Under the pieces are notes generated by a model, which worked only from the letters and a program-made list of their open reading frames with translations, made no database searches and was not told the origin of the DNA. Shown here piece after piece: positions 1 to 13,800 of a stretch of 64,000 bases of DNA. Each line of letters begins with the position of its first letter. Position 1 is the first letter of the stretch. The stretch lies in assembly GCF_018350175.1 (NCBI RefSeq), contig NC_058369.1, forward strand, positions 16,990,001 through 17,054,000, read 5' to 3'. Made by a program: the position numbers and the translations under genes. This DNA comes from Felis catus. Its lineage: Eukaryota.

Positions 1-1435
1 AATGGACTGTGGAGGGAAGTCATGAGAGCCTTCTTGCTGATCTTGAAGGATTTTTCTAGAGGTGATTTAGGCTACAGAGAGGTGACCAGGACCAGCTGAT
101 AATTAAGCTCTTCCCTGACCTGAGTCTGACTGATGAGTGGCACCTTGCAAGTCGCTCACAGACGAGGCCTCCCCTGGTCCCACCATCAAACATCTGAAAA
201 CTCTTTCCATGTTCCAGGAAGTATAAATTTTGAGGTATAGAGCAGAGACGTCACAGCAGTACCTGGCAAGCCAGCTTGGCCCACCACACTTCAGAGGGGA
301 CCTGCCATCTACTTTTGTTGGCCATGATCTCATCTGGTTTTGGGGGGCTTGGCAGGGTCTCTGGGGAGTGTGACAATTCTCACATGAACACATCTGCATG
401 GATACCAGAGCAGAGTCCTGTGCCTGGTGCTTGGCAGGGCCTGGGTGGCCACAGGAGCCGAAGGGAGGTCTTTTTTCTTGTGGGAACTCATTCCAGTTGC
501 CAGCAGAGTGAGGAACAGAGCTGTGTCACTTGGCTTTCTGGTGGTTATTCCTGGCAACCTTCCTCGGCCTTGTCATGGCCTTGGGCAGGGACCCAGTCTA
601 CCCCAGGGTTTCCATTTCTCCGTTTGTAGAACAAGGGTGAACTTCTGCCCTGGCTGGCCACAGAGCCGGCCAGACCAGGAAGCATGCTGTCCTCCTTGAG
701 AGGCTGAAGTGGCAGCCAGGGTAAAGACAAGTGAGAAGCGGGACCTGCCGCCTCCCAAGAGAGGCCCAATTAGGGCAGTGAGCAGTTCCCACCGGAGTCT
801 CTGGCCAACCCTCAAAGCAGGCCGCGTGGGCAGGCAGCAGCGGGCTGTGTGATTAATGATGGCAGCTTGGGCCGCCCACTGGGCCTGGCCTCAGGAACTT
901 CAAATGAGCACATGTAGTGCCAAGGGGGAAGCAGGCCAGCTCCGTTCCTTCTGCAGGGAAGGGATGAGAAGGAGCCAGCACAAGAGCACCCAGCAACAAC
1001 AAGGCAATGCCAAACAAAGGGCCATGCTTTTGAGGCCTACTGGGACCTCTGCACAAGCCTCCCCTGGGGACCCCAGAGATGGGGCGTCATCAGGGATCCA
1101 GAGATGGGTTCACTCTACAGGCCCCAATGAATACACCCTGAGGAAGGCTCAGTCCTCTTCCTGGCCCAAGGCTGTGGATGTAAATAAGAAACTGCCCTGT
1201 TCTCAGGGAACTAGAGTCTACAGTTCATTCATTCATTCATCCATCCATCCATCCATTCAATCATTCATACATCCATCCAATCATTCATTCATCCATGCAA
1301 TAAAGACTTCCACCTACCTGCAGTGTCCTGGAACCACAGTTGTGAACAAGACAGGATCTCTGCTCTCAAGAAACTACTGCTATTCCATGTAAGTCAGACA
1401 GAAAACAAGTACCCAATAATGAAAACCCAGAGAGG

Positions 1436-1680
1436 CAACGGTGGGTATGAGCATTAACTCTAGGGTCAGAAATCCTAGGTTCAAATCCCAGTTCTAGCTC
1501 CACCTTCTGACCAAGAGGAAGCTATTTAAAACTTCTTTGCCTCAGCTTTCTTCTCTGGAAAGTGGGGATAATAAAAGCATCTATCGTATGGCATAGTTAC
1601 AAGGATTAAAAGAGTTAATATTTGTAAAGTACTTCAAACTGTAAATGGCATATAGTAAATACTGTACAAATATTTGTTAA
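1436..1680 (+). mobile_element. MIR SINE
   Basis: ggttcaaatcccagttct...gcctcagctttc...tggggataataa core similar to MIR consensus. Confidence 0.75.
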
Positions 1681-2793
1681 AAAATAAAAATAGTGCCCAA
1701 TAGTGAAAAGTATTATGAGGACCTTAATGGGGAGGGTGTGTGTGGAGGGAAGCATATTAGAAAAGGGAAAAGTTGAAATGCTTTTGGCTTCCAGAAACCT
1801 GAAGACAGAACAGCTCCAGAACTGGCCAGTTCTTATGTGCAGTGATATCTCTGAAGAACCAGGCACTCTCCATTTCTCTGTGTTGCTATCTTTAGCCTTG
1901 CCCTCAGGCTAGTGCCCTCACAGTCTGAAGGTGGCTGTTGCAGTGCCAGGCATTACAGGCAGGCATGACATTTACTAAAGAGATCATCATTTCCTGGCAG
2001 TAGGAAATTTTTCCCAGAATTCCTCCAGCAAGCTTCTCTCATTTACCAGGGCAGCATCTCATGCTCAAGCTTAAAACCAATCAATGGCATGGTGACAGAG
2101 ATCACCCTGATTGGCTTGCCAATCAGGACCTACCCTGAAACATGGGGTCTCTCAGAAGAGGCATAATGATGAAGGCTGTTAGGAATGTGATACCTTACGG
2201 ATAGACAGTCAACAAATTATGCAATAGACTGTAAGGCAAGGCTTCATTGAGAATATCCACCCATGGGGTGCCAGTTGGCTCAGTTGTTGAGCATCTGACT
2301 CTTGGTTTCAGTTCATTTCTTGACCTCAGGGTCATGCGTTCAAGCCTTGCATTGGGCTCCATGCTGGGCATGAATCTTACTTTAAACAAACAAACAAAAA
2401 AGCAAAACAAAGAAAAAAAATCCACCTGAGTGGGGATCTGAATAATGAGGAAGAGTCAACCTTACATCTACGTAAGGGGAAAAGAGCCTGGGCAGACAGA
2501 ATAGCAAGTACAAAAAGACTCTGAGGTGAAAATGAGCTTGCAACTCAGGGAAAGAAAGACCAGAGTGACTCAGGAATGGATTGAACAAAGGGACACAGTG
2601 TAAAATCATAGCGATAGTGTCTTTAGAAATTGCAAATATATGGAGAGAATTTTAAAATATTAACTGTAGCATATATGTCGAGGGAGGAACAAGTGAGTTA
2701 GCCTCCTAAGGTTTTTGCATTGTCTGGGAGAAGGGTAATAACAATACTAGTATCAGACTTTGAAAAGAAAGTAATGTGTACTGCAATTTTGAG

Positions 2794-2960
2794 AGCTGTG
2801 CTATCCAACATGGTAGCCACTAGCCACATATGGGTGTTTAAAATCAAGCAAGGTAAAACTAAAAGACAATTTCAAATTCAGTTCCTCAGTTCTGTTAGCC
2901 ACATTTCAAATGTTCAATAGCCACTTGTAGCTAGTAGTGGCTACTACATTGGACAGCATA
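2794..2960. mobile_element. MER3/MER33-like hAT-Charlie DNA transposon fossil
   Basis: Imperfect palindromic ends gctatccaacatggtagccactagccaca ... gtagctagtagtggctactacattggacagc. Confidence 0.7.
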
Positions 2961-3048
2961 AATGTAGAACATTTCCAGTGATCACAGGATGGAAAATTGG
3001 TCAGAACTGTTCTAGAGAAACCATTAAATAAACAGAAAAAGAGTTAAT

Positions 3049-3270
3049 AGGGGCGCCTGGATGGCTCAGTCGGTTGAGTGTCCGACTTCGGCGCAGATCA
3101 CGATCTCACAGTTGGTGAATTCAAACCCCATATTGGTCTCTCTGCTGTCAGTGCAGAGCCTGCTTCAGATCCCTTTCTCTCTACCTCTTCCCCGCTCATG
3201 CGTGCTCTCTCTCTCTCTCTCTCTCTCTCGCTCTCTCGCTCTCTCACTCTCTCAAAAATAAACACAAAGA
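3049..3270 (+). mobile_element. CAN-SINE
   Basis: ggggcgcctggatggctcagtcggtt head, (CT)n, A-rich tail. Confidence 0.9.
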
Positions 3271-4227
3271 AAAGGAGTTACTAACTTTCAAATTGATAGA
3301 GGCAAAACATGCAATGATAAAAATAATCATTTCATTTTGTAAACTAGGCAAATGGTAAACAAGACGACTTTGAAGCTCCAACTCAACACAACACATGAAT
3401 TTTCAAAGGAGATTGTTTAAAAAGATCTTGCTGGGGGCACCTGGCTGGCTTAGCCAGAGGAGCATGTGACTCTTGACCTCAGGGTTGTGAGTTCAACCCC
3501 ACGTTGGGCACAGAGTTTATTAAAAAAAAGAAAGAAAGAAAAATATTTTGTCAGGTAGTAGATAAAAGTGTAGAGTGTTTTGATGCAAAAAATTAAAAAG
3601 TAAGAAAATCTAAAAGATGAAAAAAAGAAAAAGAGGAACAGAGAATAAAGATAAAGTTCAGAGTAAGGTGGGAGACTTAAATCTATCAGAAATTGTAATA
3701 TAAATGGACTAAATCTTTCAGTTAAAATTTTTCCAGCGCGCGTGTGGGAGGGGGCGAGTGGGGAACGATTGCCAGGGAGATCCGAGGCGAGGCTTGCGCA
3801 CCCTCCCCCGCCCTGGCCCCCAGCGCCCACCCAGTGGGCCCGGCTCAGCCGTGATCAAGGCGATCCTCATCTTCAACAACCACGGGAAGCCGCGGCTCTC
3901 CAAGTTCTACCAGCCCCTACACTGAAGATACACAACAGCAAATCATCAGGGAGACATTCCATTTGGTATCTAAGAGAGATGAAAATGTTTGTAATTTCCT
4001 AGAAGGAGGATTGTTAATTGGAAGATCTGACAGCAAACTGATTGATAGACATGATGCAACATTATATTTTGTCTTCTGTGTGGATTCTTCAGAACGTGAA
4101 GTTGGCATTTTAGATCTAATTCAAGTATTTGTGGAAACGTTAGACAATGTTTTGAAAATGTCTGAACCGGATTTAATTTTCCATGTGGACAAGGTTCACG
4201 ATACTCTTGCAGAAATGGTGATGGGGG

Positions 4228-4452
4228 ACAGGGGGGCGCCTGGGTGGCTCAGTCGCTTAAGCATCTGACTTCAGCTCAGGTCATGATCTCACGGTCCGTG
4301 AGTTCGAGCCCCGCGTCGGGCTCTGTGCTAACAGCTCAGAGCCTGGAGCCTGTTTCAGATTCTGTCTCCCTCTCTCTCTGACCCTCCCCCATTCATGCTG
4401 TGTCTCTCCCTGTCTCAAAAATAAATAAAAATTAAAAAAAAATTAAAAAAAA
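4228..4452 (+). mobile_element. CAN-SINE (SINEC_Fc-like) inserted in AP3S1 pseudogene CDS
   Basis: tRNA-derived head, CT-rich body, A tail. 17-bp TSD agaaatggtgatggggg at 4211-4227 and 4453-4469. Confidence 0.95.
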
Positions 4453-5099
4453 AGAAATGGTGATGGGGGGAATGGTGTTGGAGATCAACATGAATGAGAC
4501 TGTGACACAAATTGACACGTAAACTGGAGAAATCTGAGGCTGGCTTAGCGGGAGCTCCAGCCTGTGCTGTATCAGCTGTAAAGAATATGAATCTTCTTGA
4601 GATCCCAAGAAATATTAACATTGGTGACATCAGTATAAAAGTGCCAAACCTGCCCTCTTTTAAATAAAAAAAAAAAAAATTAAAAAGGCCACTCCCATGG
4701 AAAATCCAGGGGGGAAAGTCATCTAAGTTTACTATGCAGTTGTTTACCAAAACTAGAGGAGGAGAGTATTAACCTTTGCTCTTGGATTGAAGTCAAGGTA
4801 CTACGGAGAAGTTGTGTAAAATTGGTATGGAAGTTCAATGTTGCTCTTCCTGTTCGGTGATTTTGAAGAAATGGAGTAGTTCCAGTGTGACATTTTGTTT
4901 TCCATTCTAAGCTGCATTCCTGTGCCCACCTAAGGCATGCCTCTATGTATTGGCTACTACAGTATTTCAAAAAGTGTGTGAGACATTTCTTTCAACTATG
5001 TACCATCCAAAATGTTGGTGTTTTGTATGGATCACAAGTGCAGCATTCCATAGTTCTTTCTGTTATTTGTCACAGTTGTTATTTAAAGAACCAAGTATG

Positions 5100-5304
5100 G
5101 GGGCGCCTGGGTGGCTCAGTCGGTTAAGCGTCCGACTTCGGCTCAGGCCATGATCTCGCAGTTTGTGAGTTCGAGCCCCGCGTCAGGCTCTGTGCTGACA
5201 GCTCAGAGCCTGGAGCCTGCTTCCGATTCTGTGTCTCCCTCTCTCTCTGCCCCTCCCCCGCTCATGCTCTGTCTCAGAAATAAATAAACATTAAAAAAAA
5301 AAAA
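5100..5304 (+). mobile_element. CAN-SINE inserted in AP3S1 pseudogene 3'UTR
   Basis: TSD aaagaaccaagtatg at 5085-5099 and 5305-5319. Confidence 0.95.
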
Positions 5305-5594
5305 AAAGAACCAAGTATGTATTGCAGGAAAACATTGTGACCTTTTTCTCTTAGTTTAAATAAACTCCAAGGTAACTGAACTTCTAAAGCAAAAAAAAAA
5401 AAAAAAAAGAATTCCAAACTGGTAAAACCATCCATATCCTATTTGTAAGATAAATATCTAAAACAAAAGGATACAGGGGTACCTGGGTGGCTCAGTCAGT
5501 TAAGTGTCAGACCTCTGGTCAGGTCATGATCTCATGGTTTATGAGTTTGAGACCCACACTGGGCTCCTCACTGACAGTGTGGAGCCTGCTTGGG

Positions 5595-5633
<39 letters not shown>

Positions 5634-5779
5634 CACTCTCTTTCTCTCTCTTGTCCTTTTCCCTCTCTTCCTTCTCCCTCTATCTCTTGCCCACCCTCAA
5701 AATAAATAGGTTTTTAAAAAAAGTTAGAAAAGGATACAGGATGTTGAAAGTTAAAAAAAAAAAAAAAAAGGCAAATATA

Positions 5780-7135
5780 CACTTTGTAAAGCACTGACCA
5801 AAGGAAAAGTGATGTAACTATGGTACCATCGGATCAGACAAAATGGCCAAAGTCATTACAACAGACATAGACAGTCACCCCATAATGCTATAAAGGTCCA
5901 ATTCACTAGGATATAATCATTTTAAATCAGTATGCATTCTGTAACACAGCCTTGTGTTTTGTAAAACAAAATTTGATATAACTATAAGAAGAAATAGATA
6001 AATCCGTGATCACGATAGGAAATTTTTAACCCATTTCTCACAGTCAATAGAAAAACCAGACCAAAAACCATTAAGATACAGAAAATGTAAGTAACATTAC
6101 CATAACCTAGTTGTCGTACCTAGAACACTAAACTCCATGCTGCAGATAATTCTTCATGCATCCAGAGAATGACAAAATATGACCATATGTGATCAGTAAA
6201 GCACATGCCAGCAAATTTTAAAGGATTTCAATTATATAGAATATGTTCTTTAATTACAACACAGTTTTGTTAGAATTCAGTAATAACTACAAAATCAGGC
6301 AACTCCTACAGGTTTAGAAAGAAGGAAACATAATTCTGAGAAGCAAAGGGTCAATGGAAGAAACTGGATAACAAAAATACTACATATCAAGACTAGTGCA
6401 GCCACAATGGGATTCCACCTCACACTTACTAAAATGACCACACTCCACAAGACCGATGATAACAAGTATTGTTTCGTGTGTGAAGAGATTGGAACCCATA
6501 GAAACTGCTAGTAGAAATGTAAAATGGTGCAGTCACCTTGGAAAACAGTCTGGCAGTTCTTCAAAAGGTTAAGCATGGAATTACTATATGACTCAACAAT
6601 TTGACTCCTTTGTATCTACTTAAGAGACGTGAAAACATATGTCCACACAAAAAACTTAGACACAAATGTTCATAATAGCACATTCATAATAGCCAAAAAG
6701 TGGAAAAAACTCAAACACCTGTCAACCAATTAATGGATAAATAAAATGTGATATATCCCTACAATGGAATAGTATGTGGTCATAAAAAGAGTGAAAAACT
6801 GGAACATGCCACAACATGGGTGGAGCTTGAAGGCATTACGCTAAACGAAAGAAGTCACTCACAAAAAGAACGTATACTGTATGATTCCATTTATATGAAA
6901 TATCTAGAAAAGCAAATCCATAGAGACAGAAAATCAATGCATGGTTGCAAGGGACTATGGGGGGGGGGTGGTTAGAAAAGGGAAATAGGTATGGGTTGTC
7001 TTTTTGGGGTAATAGATATGTTCTAAAATTGAGGTGATGGTTCACAACTCTGAATACACCAAACACATTGCATTGTATACTCTTGATGGGTAAATTGTAT
7101 GGCATAGGAATTATATCTCAGTGAAGCTGTTACAA
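5780..7135 (+). mobile_element. Old L1 (L1M-type) ORF2/3' fragments
   Basis: A-rich degenerate L1 motifs: aatgtaaaatggtgcagtcaccttggaaaacagt, aatggataaataaaatgtg, attatatctcagtgaagctgtt 3' end. Confidence 0.8.
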
Positions 7136-9249
7136 AGAAAAATTGAGAAAAGGAAAGAAAGTGGAATAATATAAAATGTTTAATTAAACAAAAGGCAGGA
7201 AAAGATGGGAAGAGAAAAATAGGAACCAAAAACAAAGGCAACTAATAGAAAACAATAACGAAGTGGTAACTATTAATCCAAGTCTATCAATAGTCGCTTT
7301 GAATGACAATGCCCAAAATACACCAATTAAAATAGAATATCAGAACGGATCAAAAAACAAGACTCAAGTATAGGTTGCCTATAAGAAACCTACTTTATTT
7401 TTTTATTTTTTAGAGAGAGAGAGAGAGAGAAGAGAGAACGTGCATGCAAGTGGGGTGGTGGGGAGAATGTAGGCTCCATGCCCAGAGCAGAGCCCCACGC
7501 TGGGCTCAATCTCAGATCATGTGTGACCTGAGCTGAAATCAAGAGTTGGACACTTAATTGACTGAGCCATCCAAGCGCCCCCAAACAATACACTTCTAAA
7601 TAATGCATGAGTTGAAGAAGAAATCTCAACAGAAATTTAAACACATTTTAAACTAAGTGAAAATTAAAACGTAACATTAAAATTTATGGATGCAGTGAAA
7701 GTAGTGCTTACAGGGAAATTTACACCATTAAATGCATACATATTAGAGAAGAAGAAAAATCTAAAATCAATCATCTAAGTATCTACCTTAGGAAACTAGA
7801 AAAAGAAGAGCAAATTAAATTCAAAGTGAGCAGAAGAAAATACATAAGAATTAGAACAGAAACCAGTGAAATGGAAAACAGGAAAGCAACAGAAAAAAAT
7901 TAATTAAACCAAAAGCTGGAACTTTTAGAATACCAATAAAATCATAAGCCTCTAGTGAAGTTAACTAAGAAAAAAAAGAAGAAACAAGTTACTGATATCA
8001 GAAATGAAAGAGAGAACATCACTGCAGATCCCTTGGAAATGAAAAGGATAATAAAGGAATACTATGCACAACTCTGTGCTCACAAATCTGATAATCTGAA
8101 ACGATCTTTTTATGTTTATTTATTTCTGAGACAGAGAGAGACAGAGCATGAATAGGGGAGGGGTATAGAGAGAAGGAGACGTAGAATCCGAAGCAGGCTC
8201 CAGGCTCTGAGCTGTCAGCACAGAGCTGGACACAGGGCCCGAACTCACAGACCGTGAGAGCATGACCTGAGCTGAAGTCGGTCGCTCAACCAACTGAGCC
8301 ACCCAGGCGTCCCACAAATCTGATAATCTGGATGAAATGGACCAGTTCCTTGAAAGACAGAATCTGCCAAAATTCACATGAGAAGAAATAGATGACCTGA
8401 ATTGACCAATATCTATTAAAGAAATTGAGTGAATAATTGATAACCTTCCAAAACAGAAAGCATCAGGCCCAGATGCAATCACTGATGAATACTACCAAAC
8501 ATTTAAGGAAGAAATGGTACCAATTCTCTACAATTTTTTTATTTAATTTATTTTTAGAGAGAGAGAGAGAGCATGAGCAGGACAGAGAGAGGGGGAGTGA
8601 ATCTCAAGCAGGCTCCGTACTGTCAGAGCAGAGCCTGATGTGGGGCTCAATCCCATGAACCGCTAGTTTATGACCTGACCCAAAATCAAGAGTTGGATGC
8701 TTAACTGACTGAGCCACCCAGGCGCTCCTCTCCACAATTTCTTTCAGAGGCTAGAAACAGAGGGAATACTTCCTAACTCATTCTATGAGGCCAGCATCGT
8801 CCCAATACCAAACCCAGATACAGATATTACAAGAAAAGAAAACTACAGACCAAGATCTCTCAGGAACATACGTGCAAATATCTTTAACAAAAATTTGCAA
8901 ATCGAATCCAACAATGTATAAAAGAATTATATGCACCATGACCAAGTAGTATTCATTCCAGGTATGCAAGGCTGGTTCCACATTTGAAAATCAATTAATG
9001 TAATGCATCACATCAACAGACTAAGAAAGAAAAACCATATGATCATATCAATAGATGGAGAGAGAGGGAGACGGAGGACCTGAAGTGGGCTCTGAGCTGA
9101 CAGCACAGAGCCTGAAGTGGGGCTCGAACTCACAAATTTTGAGATCCTGACCTGATATGTTAAGTCAGACACTTAAACAACTGAGCCACCCAGGCACCTC
9201 TCCTATTTTTTTAAAAAAAGTTTATTTATTTTGAGAGGGGGGGGCTAGG

Positions 9250-9292
<43 letters not shown>

Positions 9293-9853
9293 TCCCAAGC
9301 AGGCTTTGCACTGTTCAGTGCAGAGCCCGATGCCGGGCTTGATCTCATGAACCATGAGATCATGACCTAAGCAGAAATCAAGAGTTGGCCACTTAACCAA
9401 CTGAGCTGCCCCGGCACCCCTGTACCACCCTATCTTAATGCCTAGTTTGCCACTTTGTATTAACTTTTGTTTGTTTGTTTCAAGTTTTTATTTAAATTCC
9501 AGTTAGTTAACATATAGTGTAATATTAGTTTTAGGAGTAGAATTTAGTGATTCATCACTTACATATAACACCCAGTACTTATCACAAGTGCTCTCCTTAA
9601 TACCGATCACCCATTTAACCTATCCCTCTGCCCACCTTTCCTCTGGCAACCCTCAGTTTGTTCTTATAGTTAAGAGTCTCTTTATGGTTTGCCTCTCTCT
9701 CTCTTTTTTAAATTAAAAAAATTTTCCTCTATGTTCATCTGTCTTGTTTCTTAAATTCCACATGAGTGAAATCAAATGGTGTTTGTCTTTCTCTGACTGA
9801 CTTATTTTCCAATGATTGTTTTTTAAATTCTTTTTTAATGTTTATTTATTTGT

Positions 9854-9888
<35 letters not shown>

Positions 9889-10773
9889 AAGTGCAAAGCA
9901 CGAGAGGAAGAGGGGCAGAGAGAAAGGGAGAGAGATAATCCCAAGCAGGCTCAATGCTCAGCACGGAGCCCAACTCAGGGCTCAGTCTTACAAATATGAG
10001 ATCATGATCTGAGACAAAATCAAGAGTCAGATGCTTAACTGCCTGAGCAACCCAGGCATCCCTCCAATTACTATTCTTGATAAAAACTCTCAGAAAACTA
10101 CAAAGAACTTTCTTGACTGGATAAAAGTTATCTACAAAAATCCTACAGCTAACTTTTTACTTAAATATAAGACATTTGAAGCTTTTCCACTAAAATCAGG
10201 AACAAGGCAAGGCTATCCCCTCTCACCACTCCTTTTCAACGTCATACTGGAAGTCCTTGCTAATGCAATAAGGCAAGAAAAGTTAATAAAAGGTATACAG
10301 ATTGAGAAGGAAGATATAAAACTGATTTTGTTTGCAGATGATGTGATTGTCTATGTAGAAAATCTGACGGAATCAACAAAAACATTTTAAAACTAATAAA
10401 CTATTTTAGCAAGCTTGCAGAATAAAAGGTTAATGTACAAAAGTCAGTTGCTTTCCTATATACTAACAATGAACAAGTGGAATTTGAAATTAAAAACATC
10501 ATACTATTGGGGTGCCTAGTTTGTCAGTTGGTTAAACATCCAACTCAATTTTGGCTCAAGTCATGATCTCATGGTTTGTGAGATGAGTCCCTCACTGGGC
10601 CCTGTGTTGATGGTACAGAGCCTACTTGGGATTCTCTCTCTTCCTCTCTCTCTCTGCCTCTCCCCCACTCGCATGCAGTCTCTCTCAAAAATAAATAAAT
10701 AAAAATTAAAACAAAAAACAAAACAAAAAACCATAATACTATTTATATTAGCACCCCCAAAAATGATATACTT

Positions 10774-10776
<3 letters not shown>

Positions 10777-10820
<44 letters not shown>
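10777..10820. repeat. (TA)22 microsatellite
   Basis: Perfect dinucleotide run inside an L1 remnant. Confidence 0.95.
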
Positions 10821-10821
<1 letters not shown>

Positions 10822-12061
10822 CAAAATACATACAATATCTATATGAGAAAAACTATAAAATTCTGGTGAATAAAATCAAAGAAAAACTAAATAAATATGG
10901 AGATAGTCCATGCTCATGGATAGGAAGACTCCATATTGTCAAGATGTCAGTTTTTCTCAGCTTGATTTACAGATTCAGTGTAATCCCACCGAGTTATTTT
11001 ATGGACCAACATTCATGATTCCAAAGTTTGTATGGGTAGGCAAAAGTCCCAGGATAGTTGACACTATATTGCTGGAGAATTACAAAGTTAAAGAATAGAT
11101 GCTACTCAACTTCAAGAATTACTGTAAAGCTACAGTAATAAGACAGTGAGATAATGGCAAAATAACAGATAAATAGATCAATGGAACAGAAAAGAGAACC
11201 CAGAAATAGACCCACACAAATATAATCAACTGATCTTTGAAAAAGGAGCAAAGGCAATACAAGAGAGAAAAGATAATCTCTTCAACAAGTGGTACTGGAA
11301 AAACTGGACATCCACATTCAGAAAAAATAAAGAATCTAGACATAGATCTTATATGCTTTATAAAAATTAACTCAAAATGGGTCATAAACTAAAATGTAAA
11401 GCAAAACTATAAAGCTCCAAGAAGACAACATAAGTGAAAACCTTGATTACCTTGGGTATGGTGATGCCTTTTTAGATACCACACTAAAGACATGATCTCC
11501 TAAAGAAATAACTGATAAGCTGGATTTCACCGAAATGAAAAACTTGTGGTCTGCAGTAGACAAGACCAAGAGAATTAGAAAACAAGCCACAGACTGGGAG
11601 AAACTATTTGCAAAACACACATATGATAGGGGCGCCTGGGCGGCTCAGTTGGTAAAATGTCCAACTTTGGCTCGGGTCATGATCTCACAGTTTGTGGGTT
11701 TGAGCCCCGCATCAGACTCTGCTGACAGCTCAGAGCTTGGAGCCTGCTTCAGAGTCTGTGTCTCCCTCTCTCTCTGCCCCTCCCCTGCTTGTCCTCTCTC
11801 TCTCTCAAAAATAAATAAACATTTTTTAAAAAGACACATATGGTAAAAGACTGTTACCCAAAATATATAAAGAACTCTTAAAACTCAAAAATATGGGTTG
11901 GGAGTTGGGGGAGTTAAAAAAAAAACTCAACAATAATTTTTAAATACCCGATTAAATGGGGCACCTGGCTGACTCAGAGAGTGGAGTGTGTGACTTTTGA
12001 TATCAGGGTCGTGAGTTTGAGCCCCACCTTGGGTGTAGAGATTACTTAAAAATGAAATCTT

Positions 12062-12530
12062 TTATAAGGAAGATGTGGTATATATACAATGGAGTATTAC
12101 TCGGCAATCAAAAAGAATGAAATCTTGGCATTTGCAACAAGGTGGATGGAACTAGAGGGTATTATGCTAAGTGAACTTAGTCAGTCAGAGAAAGACAAAT
12201 ATCATATGACTTCACTCATGTGGAATTTAAGATACAAAACAGATGAACATAAGGGAAGAAAGCAAAAATAATATAAAAACAGGGAGGGAACAAAACATAA
12301 GAGACTCTTAAACATAGAAAACAAACTAAGGGTTGCTGGAGAGGTTCTGGGTGGGAGCATGGGCCAAGTGGGCAAGGGGCAGTAAGGAGGACACTTGTTG
12401 GGATGAGCACTGTGTGTTATATGTAGGGGATGAATCATTGGATTCTACTCCTGAAATCATTATTGCACTATATGCTAATCAACTGGGATGTAAATTAAAA
12501 AAAATAAAATCTTTAAATAAATAAAAAAAT
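12062..12530 (+). mobile_element. Carnivore L1 3' end (5'-truncated)
   Basis: MEYYSAIKKNEILAFATRWMELEGIMLSE ORF2 C-terminus plus the 3'UTR motif ggatgagcactg and A tail. Confidence 0.85.
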
Positions 12531-13199
12531 AAAAATCTTATTAAAAAATGGACCAAGGGGCCCCTGGGTGGCTCAGTCAGTTGGGTGTCTGATTTCGGCT
12601 TAGGTCACGATCTCACACTTTGTGGGTTCAAGCCCCACATCCGGCTCTGTGCTGACAGCTCAGAGCCTGGAGCCTGCTTCTGATTCTGTGTCTCCCTGTC
12701 TTCTCTGCCCCTCCCTCACTAGCACTCTGTCTCTCAAGAATAAATTAAAAAATGTTAATTATTTTTAAATGGACCAAAAATCTTAACAGACACCTCACTA
12801 AAGATGTACAGATGGCAAATAAGCATGTGGCCCATATCACATGCCATCAGGGAAATGTGAATTAAAACAATGAGATGCCAGTACACACCTATTAGAATGG
12901 CCAAAAGCCAAAGCAGTGATAATGCCAAATATTGACAAAGATGCGGAACAACAGGAACTGTTTATATGTTGCTGGTAGGAATGCAAAATGGTATAGTCAC
13001 TTTGAAGACAGCTTGGCAGTTTCTTTCCTTCTCTCTCTCTCTCTCTCTTTTTTTTTTTTATGGAAGTTTCTTACAAAACTAAACATACTCTTACCAGCAA
13101 TTGAGCAATAACACTCAGCAATAACACTTCTGGATATTTACCAAAGGAGTTGAAAACTTATGTCCACATAAAGCCCTATACAAAGTTGTTTATAGCAGC

Positions 13200-13800
13200 A
13201 GGAGGGGAGAGGAGCTGGAGGTTGAATCAGCCAATAATCAATGACTTAGTCAATCAGGACTCTGTAATAAAGTCTCCATAAAAACCCAAGAGAACAGCTT
13301 TTTGGTACTTTTCTGGAGAGCTTCCATACTTGGGGAACCAGGACACTTCCACATATCACCACACTGGGCTCCAAGCTGTACCGAGGACAGAAGCTCCTTT
13401 GTGTGGGACTTTGTCCAATGTATCTCTTCATCTGGCTATTGATCCATATCCCTTATCATAGCCTTTAATAAACTTGTAAATGTAAGTGTTTGCCTGAGTT
13501 CTGTGAGCCCTCTAGCAAACCAAACAAACCTAAGAAGGTCATAGGAACCTCCAATCTGTAGTGAATTGTCCAAAGCACAGGTAACAGTCTGAGGCTTGTG
13601 ACTGGCATCTGAAGAGGAGGGTTGTGGGGCAGCCTTGTAGGACTAAACCCTTAACCAGTTGGATCTGATGTTATCCCCAGGTAGATACTATCAGAATTGA
13701 GTTGAATTCTTGGACACCCTGCTGGTGTCTGAGAATTGCTTAGTGTTCTATGTGAAGGCCCACCCCGATCCCTCCATTAGAATTGGGTCTTGGAACCCTA
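13200..13800 (+). mobile_element. MER21-like ERV LTR (partial)
   Basis: ggggagaggagctggaggttgaatcagccaat...ctccataaaaaccc...aataaacttgtaaatgtaagtgtttgcctgagttctgtgagcc, resembling MER21 LTRs. Confidence 0.65.

Larger units (their letters stand above)
3737..5408 (+). pseudogene. AP3S1: Processed pseudogene of AP3S1 (AP-3 complex sigma-1 subunit)
   Basis: Intronless copy. GC-rich 5'UTR; start mutated to GTG (3851); IKAILIFNNHGKPRLSKFYQP...KVPNLPSFK* (TAA 4665-4667) with frameshifts (extra C at ~3914-3917, indels at ~4145-4170). 3'UTR with AATAAA at 5359-5364 and A-tail at 5391-5408. Two SINE insertions. Confidence 0.95.
7140..13200 (+). mobile_element. Fragmented L1 ORF2 (endonuclease/RT remnants) interrupted by many SINEs and younger L1 3' ends
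   Basis: RT-like translation [33 protein letters not shown]...LFADD in ORF 10031..10390; many stops. SINEs at ~7393-7582(-), 8106-8312(-, TSD cacaaatctgataatctg), 8535-8728(-), 9056-9420(-), 9815-10062(-), 10509-10730(+), 11628-11830(+), 12557-12765(+). Confidence 0.9.

Noticed and set aside
1..1220. Unique GC-moderate sequence with several short ORFs
   Set aside because: No recognisable protein, consistent splice structure or repeat family; cannot support a call.
3433..3545. tRNA-like sequences with A/B boxes (also ~11958, 16840, 28290, 44970, 55079)
   Set aside because: Heads of tRNA-derived CAN-SINEs followed by A-rich tails, not tRNA genes.
3963..4268. 101-aa adaptor sigma-chain ORF as a functional gene
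   Set aside because: Part of the AP3S1 retrocopy, which has a lost ATG, frameshifts and a SINE inside the CDS.
10031..10390. Reverse-transcriptase-like ORF
   Set aside because: Fragment of a decayed L1 ORF2 broken by stops and SINE insertions; not an active element or a novel RT system.
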